Assembly: GCA_965224085.1 (NCBI GenBank)
Contig: CBDCYI010000004.1
Span: 1,536,001 to 1,600,000 of the forward strand
Direction of reading: 5' to 3'
Source of the DNA: Candidatus Marinacidobacterales bacterium
Lineage (GTDB): Bacteria > Acidobacteriota > Vicinamibacteria > Marinacidobacterales > SMYC01
Length of the DNA stretch: 64,000 bases
Below, piece after piece: positions 39,670 to 49,580 of the stretch (its first letter is position 1; each line of letters opens with the position of its first letter). A program made the translations under genes and the position numbers. The notes under the pieces are model-generated. The model ran no database searches and had not been told where the DNA came from. It saw only the letters and a program-made list of their open reading frames with translations.

Positions 39670-39767
39670 TGGCGGAAGTGTGTGGGAATCGAACCCACCG
39701 TCCCCGGGATTAACCGAGGACCATCGGATTTGAAGTCCGAGGAGGCCACCAGACCCCAGTCACTTCC
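39670..39767 (-). tRNA. selC: tRNA-Sec (anticodon UCA)
   Basis: 98 nt, extended acceptor stem, 6-bp D stem, loop CTTCAAA, long variable arm, GCCA end. Confidence 0.95.
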
Positions 39768-39787
39768 AGATGAATGGATACAACTAC

Positions 39788-40275
39788 TTAGGATGCACTT
39801 ACCTTCTGCGTTTTGTTGAATTTCAACACCGTGTGACGTGTATGTGCCACCTCTGTGCATCCTTGATCCAGTAATGAGATCGCTTCTCTGGCGGCCACGT
39901 CGTGAGCATATCGCATAGTTGTCACGATGGTCGCATGCCCGGCCAGCGCCTGGACTGTGACTAGATCAACTCCTCGGGCAGCCAGACGGCTACAAAACGT
40001 ATGCCGACACGTGTGAAGTGTAACACCCTTGAGCTTCGCTCTTTGGGCTGCCTTGGCAAACGTCTTTGAGACTTGGGTGCCAAACCCAAAGACCCGGCCG
40101 TGGTCGTTCAGTTCCATTTCACTGAGCGCTTCCAGGACTGTTTTACACAGCGGCAAGCGCCGCGACTTCCCGCTCTTCGATCGCCGAACGACAAGCTGAG
40201 CATGCTCCTGATCCACGTCGCCGCAGTCAAGCCGCAACAACTCGCCTCTCCGGAGGCCTGTGTATAGCGCCATAA
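39788..40275 (-). pseudogene. Tyrosine integrase C-terminal half, cut by IS6
   Basis: TGLRRGEL, HTCRHT, LAGH, TMRY. Confidence 0.9.
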
Positions 40276-41081
40276 GGTATTGTCAAGTTGACGTTGAGCG
40301 AGCGAACCTATTGCGTCGAGCTGATTTCCTTTGCTCTCATCGGACGGCACAGGTTACCTCCTGCCAGACGATGAAAGCGCGGTCTCGTAGCTCCCGATGA
40401 TGATGCGCTTGCAACAAATGCCGTCCGACGCGAAAGAGGTTTTGCACGAGTCCATGCACGGTCAAGAATCGTTGCGCCTGCCCAGGAGTTTTAAACTTCC
40501 GCATCTGTCGTTCCCGTTGTCGCGTCGGTTCGTGCGAGACTTCGGCTAGGTTGTTTCTGTACTGGTCAGTGTCGTGGACGACGGACGGCATGACCTCGCG
40601 GTGAGCGGCGCTGTAGCTTCTCAGTTTGTCGGTGACCAGCTGCCAGGGCGGACGGCCTTGCCCCTTCAACAGCTTGCGGAAGAATCGTTTGGCGGCTTTC
40701 TGATCACGGCGAGGCTGGACGAGGATATCAATCACATCACCATCTTGGTCTACCGCGCGCCAGAGGTATTGGCGTTCGCCTTGTATCTTTATGAAGACCT
40801 CGTCCAGGTGCCACGTGTCACCAAGGCGACCCTGCCAACGCTTCAGTCGCCGAGCGTATTCCGGCCCGAACTTGATGCACCAAAGTCGGATCGCTTCGTA
40901 GGAAACCGTGATGCCTCGCTGAGCAAGCAGCTCTTCGACGTTTCGAAAGCTCACGCAGAATCGGTGGTAGAGCCAGACGGCGTGGCTGATGATTTCCGGT
41001 GGAAATCGATAGCCGTGGTAGCTTGGCGCATCGGTCTTCATTGGACCATTCTGTCAGTCACCAGCTCAATTTTACAGTACC
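40276..41081 (-). mobile_element. IS6-family element, copy 1 (transposase 40337-41041 intact)
   Basis: IRs GGTATTGTCAAGTTGA / GGTACTGTAAAATTGA; WHLDE, TDK and NNLAE DDE motifs. Confidence 0.95.
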
Positions 41082-41759
41082 GGTGTCAGCTCTGGCCGAT
41101 GAGATGGGACTGTCGCTCTGTCCGACAAGCGATGCAACCCGCGATGAATCGCGGGCTCTTTTGCTCGTCAGCTCGCCGGCGACGACTTCGCCACTCTGCT
41201 CGTCGACACACAGATGGAGCTTGCGATAGTCCCTGCTATTTGGTGCTCTGCGCAGCTGGCCGGCGTGGACAGCGAGACCGCTGCTGTCGATCAAGATGTG
41301 CAACGGCGTCTTCTGCTTGTCTTGGTAGAAGGGGACCTTACCCAGCTTCGCCTTGCGCCTCGAGATCGTGGTGTGATCGGGCACATCATTGTCTAGCTTC
41401 ATCAGAGCGAACAACGATCGCAGCAATCCCTCGCTCTGCCTAGACGACAGATGAAAACACCATGCCCAGGGTGACAGCCGTCTCGATGGCGTGGTTCGAG
41501 TACTTGCGTTGACGGCCCGGTTTCCTCCTCCTTGGCCGGGGCGCGTCCCAGTTCACAAGCTTGCCGGCGGTGAGCGAGATCCAGACGGTCAGGCTCCCGC
41601 GGTTGCGTAGACCCGCCTCATATTCACGCCAATTCCTCACGCGATAGGCCTTCTTCACATACTTCCGCTGAGTGCGTTTGAAAATGCTCATGGGGAACCT
41701 CGTATCCGTGAGTACAGGACAATTGTGGACCGAGATCGCGAGTTGTGCACCAAGGCATC
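41082..41759 (-). mobile_element. IS5-family element, frameshifted and 3'-truncated by IS6
   Basis: Near-identical to the 5' part of 58061-59151; extra T near 41455. Confidence 0.92.
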
Positions 41760-41974
41760 GAGAGCGCGGGAAAGCCCCACTCGCCAGCACCAACTTCGGG
41801 GGCTGTCCCTTGCCCTGCCATGTATCCGGAAGGGCAAAGGCAGGGTATCGGCAAAGGCCAGGGGGTGAACAACGAAGCAACACTGCTCGTCGGTCTGAGG
41901 CAAGCCCCGCTAGTCGGCCGGGGACACGAGCAATCCAGATTAGCGGTTCCCAGTTGTGGGATAATAGGAACTCC

Positions 41975-43297
41975 ATGACTGCCAAGACGTCGACCAGATC
42001 CGATCACCCGGCCGAGAAGACCCAGAGCGGAAGTTACTTCGTCTCCAACTACCCTCCTTACGCCAGTTGGACGGACCATGGCTCGAGTGAATTTCACCTG
42101 CAGTTGGAGCAGCCGGCAGGGAAGAACGTACCGCTCGGGATCTACATCCATATTCCATTCTGCCGACTGCGCTGTAAGTTCTGCTACTTCAAGATCTTCA
42201 CCGGTAAGAATGCGAAGGAAATCCAACGCTATCTGGATGGAGCGGTGCACGAACTTGAGCTCTATGCCAAGAGCCCGATCGTTGGCCGACGCAAGCCGCG
42301 ATTCGTCTACTTTGGCGGAGGAACGCCTTCCTATCTCTCGAGCCGGCAACTGGCCGGACTGGCGGACCGAATGCAGGACCTTCTTGTCTGGGACGAAGCG
42401 GAAGAGGTGGCTTTCGAATGCGAGCCGGGAACTCTGACCGAGCCAAAACTGAGGGCCATCCGAAACTTCGGAGTGACTCGACTGAGCCTCGGGGTCGAGC
42501 ATTTCGATGATGAGATCCTGAGCCTCAATGGCCGGGCCCACCTCTCCAAAGAGATCTTTCGTGCCTATGAGTATGCTCGATCGATCGACTTCCCTCAGAT
42601 CAACATCGATCTGATTGCAGGCATGATGGGAGAGACCTGGGAAAAATGGCGATCCTGTGTCAAACATGCTCTGGACCTGCAGCCCGACAGCATCACCCTC
42701 TATCAGATGGAGCTCCCCCACAACACCTCCATCTCCCGAGAGATGAGGGAGCGGGGAGAGGTGGCCGGACCGGTGGCAGATTGGCAGACCAAGCGCGATT
42801 GGGTCCAGCACGGTTTTGAGGAGTTCGAGAAGCTCGGGTACACCGTTATTGATGGTTACACAGCCGTCAAGGACCCTGACCGAACCCGCTTTGTCTACCG
42901 AGAGCTCCTCTGGAGGGGAGCCGATATGATCGGAGTCGGCAACTCGGCGATTGGACACTTGGGAGGTGCTCACTACCAGAACGAGGCCAGCTTTGACGGC
43001 TATCTCGAGAAAATCGAGAACGACCGCTTACCGGTTTGGCGGACTCTCCAGCTAAACCGGCAAGAGCTTCTGATCCGAGAACTTATTCTGCAGCTAAAGT
43101 TCGGGCAAGTCAGCCGCGAATACTTCCAGAAAAAGTTCGACGTCGATATCCGATCCCACTTTGCAAAACCGATAGTCCGGCTCCAGGAGACAGGTCTACT
43201 GGAGGCCCGGGGCGGCGATCTGACTCTGACCCGAGAAGGTCTACTGCGCGTGGATGGACTGCTTCCCCAATTCTTCTTGCCCCAGCATCTGTCCTGA
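41975..43297 (+). CDS. HemN-like (class C) radical SAM enzyme
   Basis: YIHIPFCRLRCKFCYF, YFGGGTPS, RLSLGV, NIDLIAG. Confidence 0.9.
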   Translation: MTAKTSTRSDHPAEKTQSGSYFVSNYPPYASWTDHGSSEFHLQLEQPAGKNVPLGIYIHIPFCRLRCKFCYFKIFTGKNAKEIQRYLDGAVHELELYAKSPIVGRRKPRFVYFGGGTPSYLSSRQLAGLADRMQDLLVWDEAEEVAFECEPGTLTEPKLRAIRNFGVTRLSLGVEHFDDEILSLNGRAHLSKEIFRAYEYARSIDFPQINIDLIAGMMGETWEKWRSCVKHALDLQPDSITLYQMELPHNTSISREMRERGEVAGPVADWQTKRDWVQHGFEEFEKLGYTVIDGYTAVKDPDRTRFVYRELLWRGADMIGVGNSAIGHLGGAHYQNEASFDGYLEKIENDRLPVWRTLQLNRQELLIRELILQLKFGQVSREYFQKKFDVDIRSHFAKPIVRLQETGLLEARGGDLTLTREGLLRVDGLLPQFFLPQHLS

Positions 43298-43309
43298 CGG
43301 TAAACCCTC

Positions 43310-43759
43310 ATGGCCTACGAATTCAAACTGACTGATCGGGTCCAGTTCGCGGAAACTGACCTCGCGGGAATTGTCCATTTCACGAATTTCTTTTGCTATA
43401 TGGAAGCGGCTGAGCACGCCTTCTATCGATCCCTGGGATTCAGTATCCACTCTCCAGGATTACCTCGAACCCTGGGCTTGCCGCGGGTTGCCGCGGCCTG
43501 CAAGTACCGCGCACCTCTCTACTTCGAGGATCAGTTCGAAACTCACCTCCTGGTGCGTGAAGTACGAGAGAAGACGCTCAGTTACGTCTTCTACTTCCGC
43601 CGCTTGTTGAGCGACGCCAGTCCGGTCGTTGCCCGCGCCGAGCTGACTATCGCCTGTGTAGCGATCGAGGACGGACTGGTATGCATGAAAGGAATTACCA
43701 TCCCGACGAGCTTGCGCGACCAGCTTGAGGTAGCGCCTGAGGAACTAATGGTCTCCTAG
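43310..43759 (+). CDS. 4HBT/YbgC-like acyl-CoA thioesterase
   Basis: VQFAETDLAGIVHFTNFFCYMEAAE. Confidence 0.9.
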   Translation: MAYEFKLTDRVQFAETDLAGIVHFTNFFCYMEAAEHAFYRSLGFSIHSPGLPRTLGLPRVAAACKYRAPLYFEDQFETHLLVREVREKTLSYVFYFRRLLSDASPVVARAELTIACVAIEDGLVCMKGITIPTSLRDQLEVAPEELMVS

Positions 43760-44153
43760 GCTCCGGATGACAACCTGGGAGGTTATCCTACAAGGCTCCG
43801 CCCGTGCCGACCTGCCGGCTTGGGCAGAATCGCCCTTGTACTCCAAGCACCTGCTTGGCTTGGAATCAAGTTTGACTGGCTGGGTTTGGTCGAACCCTGG
43901 GTCGGCCGAAGGCTGCGCTCCGCTGGCGGCTCTGATAGTTGTGCCCTGAAGTTGAATGGGAGTCGATCACCGGATCTGGGAGTTGGAGTGCCCACTCTCG
44001 GAGCGCCAAGCGCCAGCGCGAGCGGAATGTGTGCCACTCTTAGCCCTAATCGCAAAATCTTCGAAGCACGAAAACGCGAAACAGCCGCACTGGGCGCAGG
44101 CAAGAAGCTCATTCTGGGGCACCCGCTCGCCGCCACGATAGGTGATTCTGCAC

Positions 44154-45025
44154 GGTATTGTCAAGTTGACGTTGAGCGAGCGAACCTATTGCGTCGAGCT
44201 GATTTCCTTTGCTCTCATCGGACGGCACAGGTTACCTCCCGCCAGACGATGAAAGCGCGGTCTCGTAGCTCCCGATGATGATGCGCTTGCAACAAATGCC
44301 GTCCGACGCGAAAGAGGTTTTGCACGAGTCCATGCACGGTCAAGAATCGTTGCGCCTGCCCAGGAGTTTTAAACTTCCGCATCTGTCGTTCCCGTTGTCG
44401 CGTCGGTTCGTGCGAGACTTCGGCTAGGTTGTTTCTGTACTGGTCAGTGTCGTGGACGACGGACGGCATGACCTCGCGGTGAGCGGCGCTGTAGCTTCTC
44501 AGTTTGTCGGTGACCAGCTGCCAGGGCGGACGGCCTTGCCCTTTCAACAGCTTGCGGAAGAATCGTTTGGCGGCTTTCTGATCACGGCGAGGCTGGACGA
44601 GGATATCAATCACATCACCATCTTGGTCTACCGCGCGCCAGAGGTATTGGCGTTCGCCTTGTATCTTTATGAAGACCTCGTCCAGGTGCCACGTGTCACC
44701 AAGGCGACCCTGCCGACGCTTCAGTCGCCGAGCGTATTCCGGCCCGAACTTGATGCACCAAAGTCGGATCGCTTCGTAGGAAACCGTGATGCCTCGCTGA
44801 GCAAGCAGCTCTTCGACGTTTCGAAAGCTCACGCAGAATCGGTGGTAGAGCCAGACGGCGTGGCTGATGATTTCCGGTGGAAATCGATAGCCGTGGTAGC
44901 TTGGCGCATCGGTCTTCATTGGACCATTCTGTCAGTCACCAGCTCAATTTGACAGCAATGGCACCGCCCGCGTGGGCGGAGGTCATCGGGGAGTGACCGA
45001 AATCGTTCGTTCACTCGAAAGTACC
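44154..45025 (-). mobile_element. IS6-family element, copy 2 (transposase 44215-44919), with extended left end
   Basis: Near-identical to copy 1; ~67 bp extension shared with copy 3. Confidence 0.95.
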
Positions 45026-45383
45026 GTTTGACGGAGTGAACGGAGTGAAGCAAACAATCGACCTCCTCGCCGCTCAAGATATCGGGTAACGTTCGAGGTT
45101 TCTTGGGCCAAGGAATCTTCGCCACCTCCTCCGGGCGGTTGAGTGTGGTTGCGTAGAGAAACTTGAGAGAGGCGACGTACATGTGGTGGCTGGCCGGAGA
45201 GGCCTTCTTCTCGTTAACGAGATGAATCAGATAATCGCGGGTCTCCGGCTCGCCCATCTCGGCGGGTGAGCGCATGTAATGTGCCGCGAAATGGCGCGCT
45301 CGCAGCAGATACTCCTCCTGCGTGGAGCGTGCGAACCCCTTCAGTTTCATGTCGGCAAGCATTTTTTCGCTAAGGCATCCCAT
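45026..45383 (-). pseudogene. N-terminal fragment of a tyrosine recombinase of the type that accompanies IS91-like transposases
   Basis: KMLADMKLKGFARSTQEEY...SLKFLY...LPDILSGEEV; cut by IS6. Confidence 0.8.
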
Positions 45384-45939
45384 GATTATTCCTCCAGTGA
45401 TTTAGCAGACGACGACCATCGCCGCCCGCGGGGGACAGGGATGATGCCATGTGTGAGAGAGCGGTTCCGAGAAACGCAGGACTCGTTGTCCAGAGCGAAG
45501 ATCGAACGAATGAAGACGACGGCGAAGCCGTCCTCCTTATTCCCTTCTGGCTCCCGTGGCCCGGAAAAACAAGGGAAACGGGTTAGAGGCGAGTGAGTTC
45601 ACCGCGGCTGGCTTGCCGTGCAAAACCCGGAGTCCGGAGCCCCTGCCGGAGGCACCCGTCCGCCCATCGCCCATAGTGACTCGCATCACGGCGCGTAGGT
45701 TGTGTCCAGGGCGGCGCAGCCGGCGCGCGAAGCGCGCGAAACCCTTGACACGACCTGCGCGCCGTGATTCCCTGGAAGGGCGATGGGCTGCGGCGAAAAA
45801 GGCGCAGGCAAAATGCCCCCAGTTTGGCTCACCAGTTCGGGAGAGCTTGCAGGTCCCGCCGCCGCGCGAGCGGCTTAGTTCAACCCTCGTTTTGTTGACT
45901 CGAGTCATCGGCTTGGCCTAGGATAGGAATTCCTTTTGT

Positions 45940-46015
45940 GGGGCTGTGGCGCAGCTGGGAGCGCGCCTGAATGGCATTCAGGAGGCCACGGGTTCGATCC
46001 CCGTCAGCTCCACCA
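45940..46015 (+). tRNA. tRNA-Ala (GGC)
   Basis: 76-nt cloverleaf, G3-U70 pair, CCTGA-ATGGCAT-TCAGG, CCA end. Confidence 0.96.
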
Positions 46016-46199
46016 AAGGAATCAGCAAGTTAGAGGTTACAGAAACTAGGCGCTGTGGAAAAGGGGCTAGTAGGGGACCATGGGGGGCCGATTCGATTTG
46101 GGGCGCCCTAAAACCCTCCAACCGTGGAATTTCATCGTCCGTTCCGATCATCGGCTGTGAAGCGTAACCTCCATTTTGGCGGCAAGCTCCGGTAGTGGT

Positions 46200-46661
46200 C
46201 TAGTTGCAATAATCTCGCCCGTGGTCCAGTACATCTCCTTGCCGAGCTTCGTCGAGCTCAACGGCAAGCGCGGACAAGAGGTTGAACTCGGTATCGGAGG
46301 GACGCAAGACGTCGACGAAATCCTCGCTGGCGAGGAGCGCGTGGAGGCGCAATTTCTCGAGTGCGCTAGAAAGCGTGAACTGCACGCCGTGTAGCGGCAG
46401 GCCCTCGAAGCCCTCCTCGCGCGCCCCAGCGCGGCGGCTCCAAACGACGCGAGCCGCGATCTTGCACAGGCGTGGCTGATGGTAGAAGGAGAGCTTGAGG
46501 TAAACCTCGCTCCCGGGAGCCAGAGGTCTGTCGGTCACGAGGCAGGCACCGGTCATCGAAATGTTGGTCAGCACGCCGTAGTCGCGCTGCTGGGAATCCG
46601 TGAACACCGCCGCGGTCGCGGCGTGTTTAGGTGCCAGCCGTTGAATCGTTCGCTTCTCCAT
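46200..46661 (-). CDS. PilZ domain protein
   Basis: EKRTIQR, NISMTGACL, ARVVW, GVQF; C-terminus may be degraded. Confidence 0.75.
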   Translation of the reverse strand: MEKRTIQRLAPKHAATAAVFTDSQQRDYGVLTNISMTGACLVTDRPLAPGSEVYLKLSFYHQPRLCKIAARVVWSRRAGAREEGFEGLPLHGVQFTLSSALEKLRLHALLASEDFVDVLRPSDTEFNLLSALAVELDEARQGDVLDHGRDYCN

Positions 46662-47078
46662 AGGAACGGCTTCTCCAAAGGAGGTAGTGTCCGCTCGGCG
46701 AAAGTCCAATGCCGAGCGAGAGAACATCTGGTTCAGTGTATGCATGAGTTTTTGGTCTCCGGGGTCTCTTTGCAAGTGCTATACCATCGTCGGTGCGGGA
46801 TGGATCTTTCTTGTAACTGGCTTATTGATGTCGTTTACGCCTTTCTTGTCCAGTCGCCATTCCGGGGATCCACCGGAATGCGCCCGCAAAAGCGGCGGGG
46901 CGATAAGAAAGGCGGTGGGTCCGCGGAAAAAGCGGCGGGCCTCCAGGTTCGTGATAGCCGGTCGCCTAATGATGCTACACTTCACCGGTGCCGACGTGCA
47001 TGAGCTAGCGGCGGCGGCTCGCCCGACAGACCTCGCAGCGTGCTGACGCGCGACAAGAAATCACGTTGTAACCTTTGC

Positions 47079-47132
47079 ATCCATTCATCTGGAAGTGACT
47101 GGGGTCTGGTGGCCTCCTCGGACTTCAAATCC
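47079..47132 (+). repeat. Attachment-site duplicate: 12-nt leader plus the first 42 nt of tRNA-Sec, inverted relative to the intact gene
   Basis: 54-bp exact reverse complement of 39726-39779. Confidence 0.95.
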
Positions 47133-47200
47133 CATCTGGACCGAGCACATGTTCGATGGATACGACGCTTGTGTCGTCCTGTCAAGGAGTTAGCCCGTTT

Positions 47201-47266
47201 CGAGTTCGACTGAGTTCGACCAAGTTCGACTGACTTGCGCGACAAGGTGGCACAAATGTGTCACAC
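47201..47266. promoter_or_regulatory. Putative recombination accessory sites
   Basis: Three 10-bp-phased AGTTCGAC repeats; 47245-47266 matches the reverse complement of 39831-39852 at 18/22. Confidence 0.55.
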
Positions 47267-47371
47267 GTGGCGAGTCGACGTGCTATTTCTGTTACTCTCC
47301 CTAGTTTTGGGAGACGCCGGGCGTGAGTGTGCCCGCCTCGGCGCTTAACTCCCGCTTGGCGAGAATACCGG

Positions 47372-48127
47372 TTACTTGTTCTTGCGGCGGTTGGAGCGGA
47401 TGAGGCCGAGGAGCCCGGCGCCGAGGAGGAAGATGGTGGAGGGTTCGGGCACGGCAGCCTGGACATCCCCGTCACGCACGGCCCAAGGGACCCAAATAGA
47501 ATCGTTCTCAACCCAGCCCCCCGTCTGGTGGCCGGCTGGCTCAAACCTTCGGATGAAAATAAAGTAGTAGGCCCAGTCCACAAGCTCCGGAGTTCCGCCG
47601 GGGCCGCAGTCGGAGCACATAACCTGGTCCTGGAGTTTCGTTTCCGACCAAAACCCCCCGTTCCGTCCTGCCTCGAGATTCGCAAACAGCGCGAGGTCTG
47701 GATCGCCGCTATCGAGAATCGATTGGAGGTAAGTACCTCCCAGCTCGTTGTAAAACATGTGTCCCATCTCGCTACCGGTGCAGTTTCCCCCGAATGAACT
47801 TACGAAGGTGGACATGCCCGAGCATGTCGGGTCCGACAGCAGCGTTATGGGTAGACGCCAGTCGTTGAAACCGAGGTAGCCGGTTCCACCGGCCGCGTTC
47901 ATTGCAGGCAGCCACTCGTAATGAGCGGTGATCCACGACATCGTCCCATCGGCGTTAATGCCTGACACGCCGAACGTTTGACTCGCTGCAAGATTCGCAT
48001 CTGCAAGCCAGGTTATATCGAGGTCGGTATCGTAGACGGCTTGCCCACCCAGCCGCGGGATCAGCGTCGCGTGGGCTGGCGCTGCCAACAGCACCAACAA
48101 GCCCGTACTCAATAGTAGCTTTAGCAC
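47372..48127 (-). CDS. PEP-CTERM sorting-domain surface protein (Lcl/DUF1566-like region)
   Basis: Signal peptide, YDTDLDITWL, GFNDWRLP, VPEPSTIFLLGAGLLGL.RR; start uncertain. Confidence 0.88.
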   Translation of the reverse strand: MLKLLLSTGLLVLLAAPAHATLIPRLGGQAVYDTDLDITWLADANLAASQTFGVSGINADGTMSWITAHYEWLPAMNAAGGTGYLGFNDWRLPITLLSDPTCSGMSTFVSSFGGNCTGSEMGHMFYNELGGTYLQSILDSGDPDLALFANLEAGRNGGFWSETKLQDQVMCSDCGPGGTPELVDWAYYFIFIRRFEPAGHQTGGWVENDSIWVPWAVRDGDVQAAVPEPSTIFLLGAGLLGLIRSNRRKNK

Positions 48128-48535
48128 TTTGCGCGTCAGGAACTCCGATCTGACAAGTGAAGCAACTACCACGCCACTTCCAAGAAACGTGGTGTTTCCA
48201 TACATTTAGGACCAACCGCGACTTTATGAAGAGACCCAGAACGTAAGCTATTCCGACGCAGCACATCAACAGAACAACAAAGTCTAACTACGACTCTTTT
48301 TAGAATCAGTAACTTGCCGATAGCGCGTAGGTTCGTAGGCCAAGCGTAGGATTTCCGACAGTTGATCGCTCCGTCGGAGGCTCCCGCTCCTGCTTCTTCG
48401 TCTGGGTCGGGTGGAAGCGAGCCGGGCTGAGCACTCTACCCGCTTGGGGACTGTGCCGACGATGAGTGAAAACGACGTTCTAGGTTGAAAACCGACCTCC
48501 TTTCTGATTCTATTCACCCCGAGAGGGCTCCATGG

Positions 48536-48805
48536 ATGCGCGTTATTGCCATCGCTCTCGTTTGGCTTGCGACGAGCGCGTTTACTCAGACGTTTGATGC
48601 GAAGGTCGTTGGCGTTCACGACGGCGATACGATCACTGTCTATGATGGCCGCGAGCAGACACGAATTCGTCTCGATGGAATCGACTGCCCGGAGAACGGC
48701 ACGGACTTCTCCCAACGAGCGAAGCAATTCACGTCCGAGCTCGTCTTCGGAAGGCAGGTTCGGATTGACGGCAAAGAGACGGACCAATACGGCCGCCTCG
48801 TCTGA
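48536..48805 (+). pseudogene. Thermonuclease (SNase-like) N-terminal fragment
   Basis: VHDGDTI, IRLDGIDCPE, DQYGRLV then stop. Confidence 0.85.
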
Positions 48806-48960
48806 ATGCGGACTGGAGTCAGTCGACGTTGAAACCGCGTTCGAAGCCGTCGTGGGTGAGGAGACAATGCGCCCCCTAATAGGCGTGGGGCAATCGCCCG
48901 GCCGCTCTTCGTGAGGAAGTCGACCCACCAGAAAACTCAGGCACAATGAGGACACCATAG

Positions 48961-49461
48961 ATGACCATATTGGTGGTTGGAGCCACAGGCATGACCGGAC
49001 GGTCCCTAGTGAAACAGTTGCAGGGCAAGGGTCACAACGTTCGCGTTATTGTACGCTCGTCTCACAAACTCCCCGCCGAGGTTTTGGAAAACTCAAACAC
49101 GACGGTCATAGAGGCCAGTGTTCTCGACTTAACTGATGAGGAGATGGCGGAGCACGTAAAGAACTGTGATGCAGTTGTCTCGTGCTTAGGACATGTCATG
49201 GATTTCCGCGGAATGTTTGGAGATCCGAAAAATCTATGCACAGACGCGACGCGACGTTTATGTGACGTGATCGAAAAGAATGGCCCTCCCAAACCCACCA
49301 AATTCATTCTTATGAACACCGTTGGGGTCCAGAATCCCGATCTCGAAGAGAAGAGGACTTGGTTTGACCGGGGACTCCTTATCCTCTTGCGTCACACTTT
49401 GCCTCCGGCCAGGGACAATGAAACAGCGGCTCAGCCGCTGGACACCCAGTGCGTGGTATGA
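48961..49461 (+). pseudogene. NAD(P)H-binding Rossmann protein, C-terminally truncated
   Basis: LVVGATGMTG, CDAVVSCLG; abuts the integrase fragment. Confidence 0.75.
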
Positions 49462-49580
49462 AGTTGTTGCGCGAGAACAACAATAAGATGCGAGTGCTTT
49501 CCTCTGAGGAGGAGGTGGCGCTTTTGAAGGCAGCTCGAGCCAGCCGGCAGCCTCAGTTGGCTCTCTTTATTGTTATGGAA
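49450..49580 (+). pseudogene. Middle fragment of the tRNA-Sec island integrase
   Basis: Reads MKLLRENNNKMRVLSSEEEVALLKAA...LALFIVM and joins MALYTGLRRGE at 40273 through shared TTATGG. Confidence 0.8.

Noticed and set aside
41624-42973. Long antisense or overlapping ORFs (also 2932-4338, 52103-53332, 13209-14117)
   Set aside because: Shadow frames of high-GC genes, or run across element junctions; no motifs
2463-43297. RiPP cluster linking PqqD with the radical SAM enzyme
   Set aside because: 39 kb apart; the enzyme is HemN-like without a SPASM domain and arrived on an IS6 unit; no precursor peptide seen
43760-44153. Coding gene or ncRNA after the thioesterase
   Set aside because: Several short ORFs without recognisable motifs or convincing structure; left unannotated
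47079-47132. Second functional tRNA-Sec
   Set aside because: Stops after the anticodon arm; no T-arm or acceptor 3' strand
47201-47230. CRISPR array
   Set aside because: Only three abutting 10-bp repeats, no spacers, no cas genes; no CRISPR seen anywhere in the window
48803-48805. Sec read-through of the thermonuclease TGA
   Set aside because: Downstream frame does not continue the SNase motifs; looks like a deletion junction
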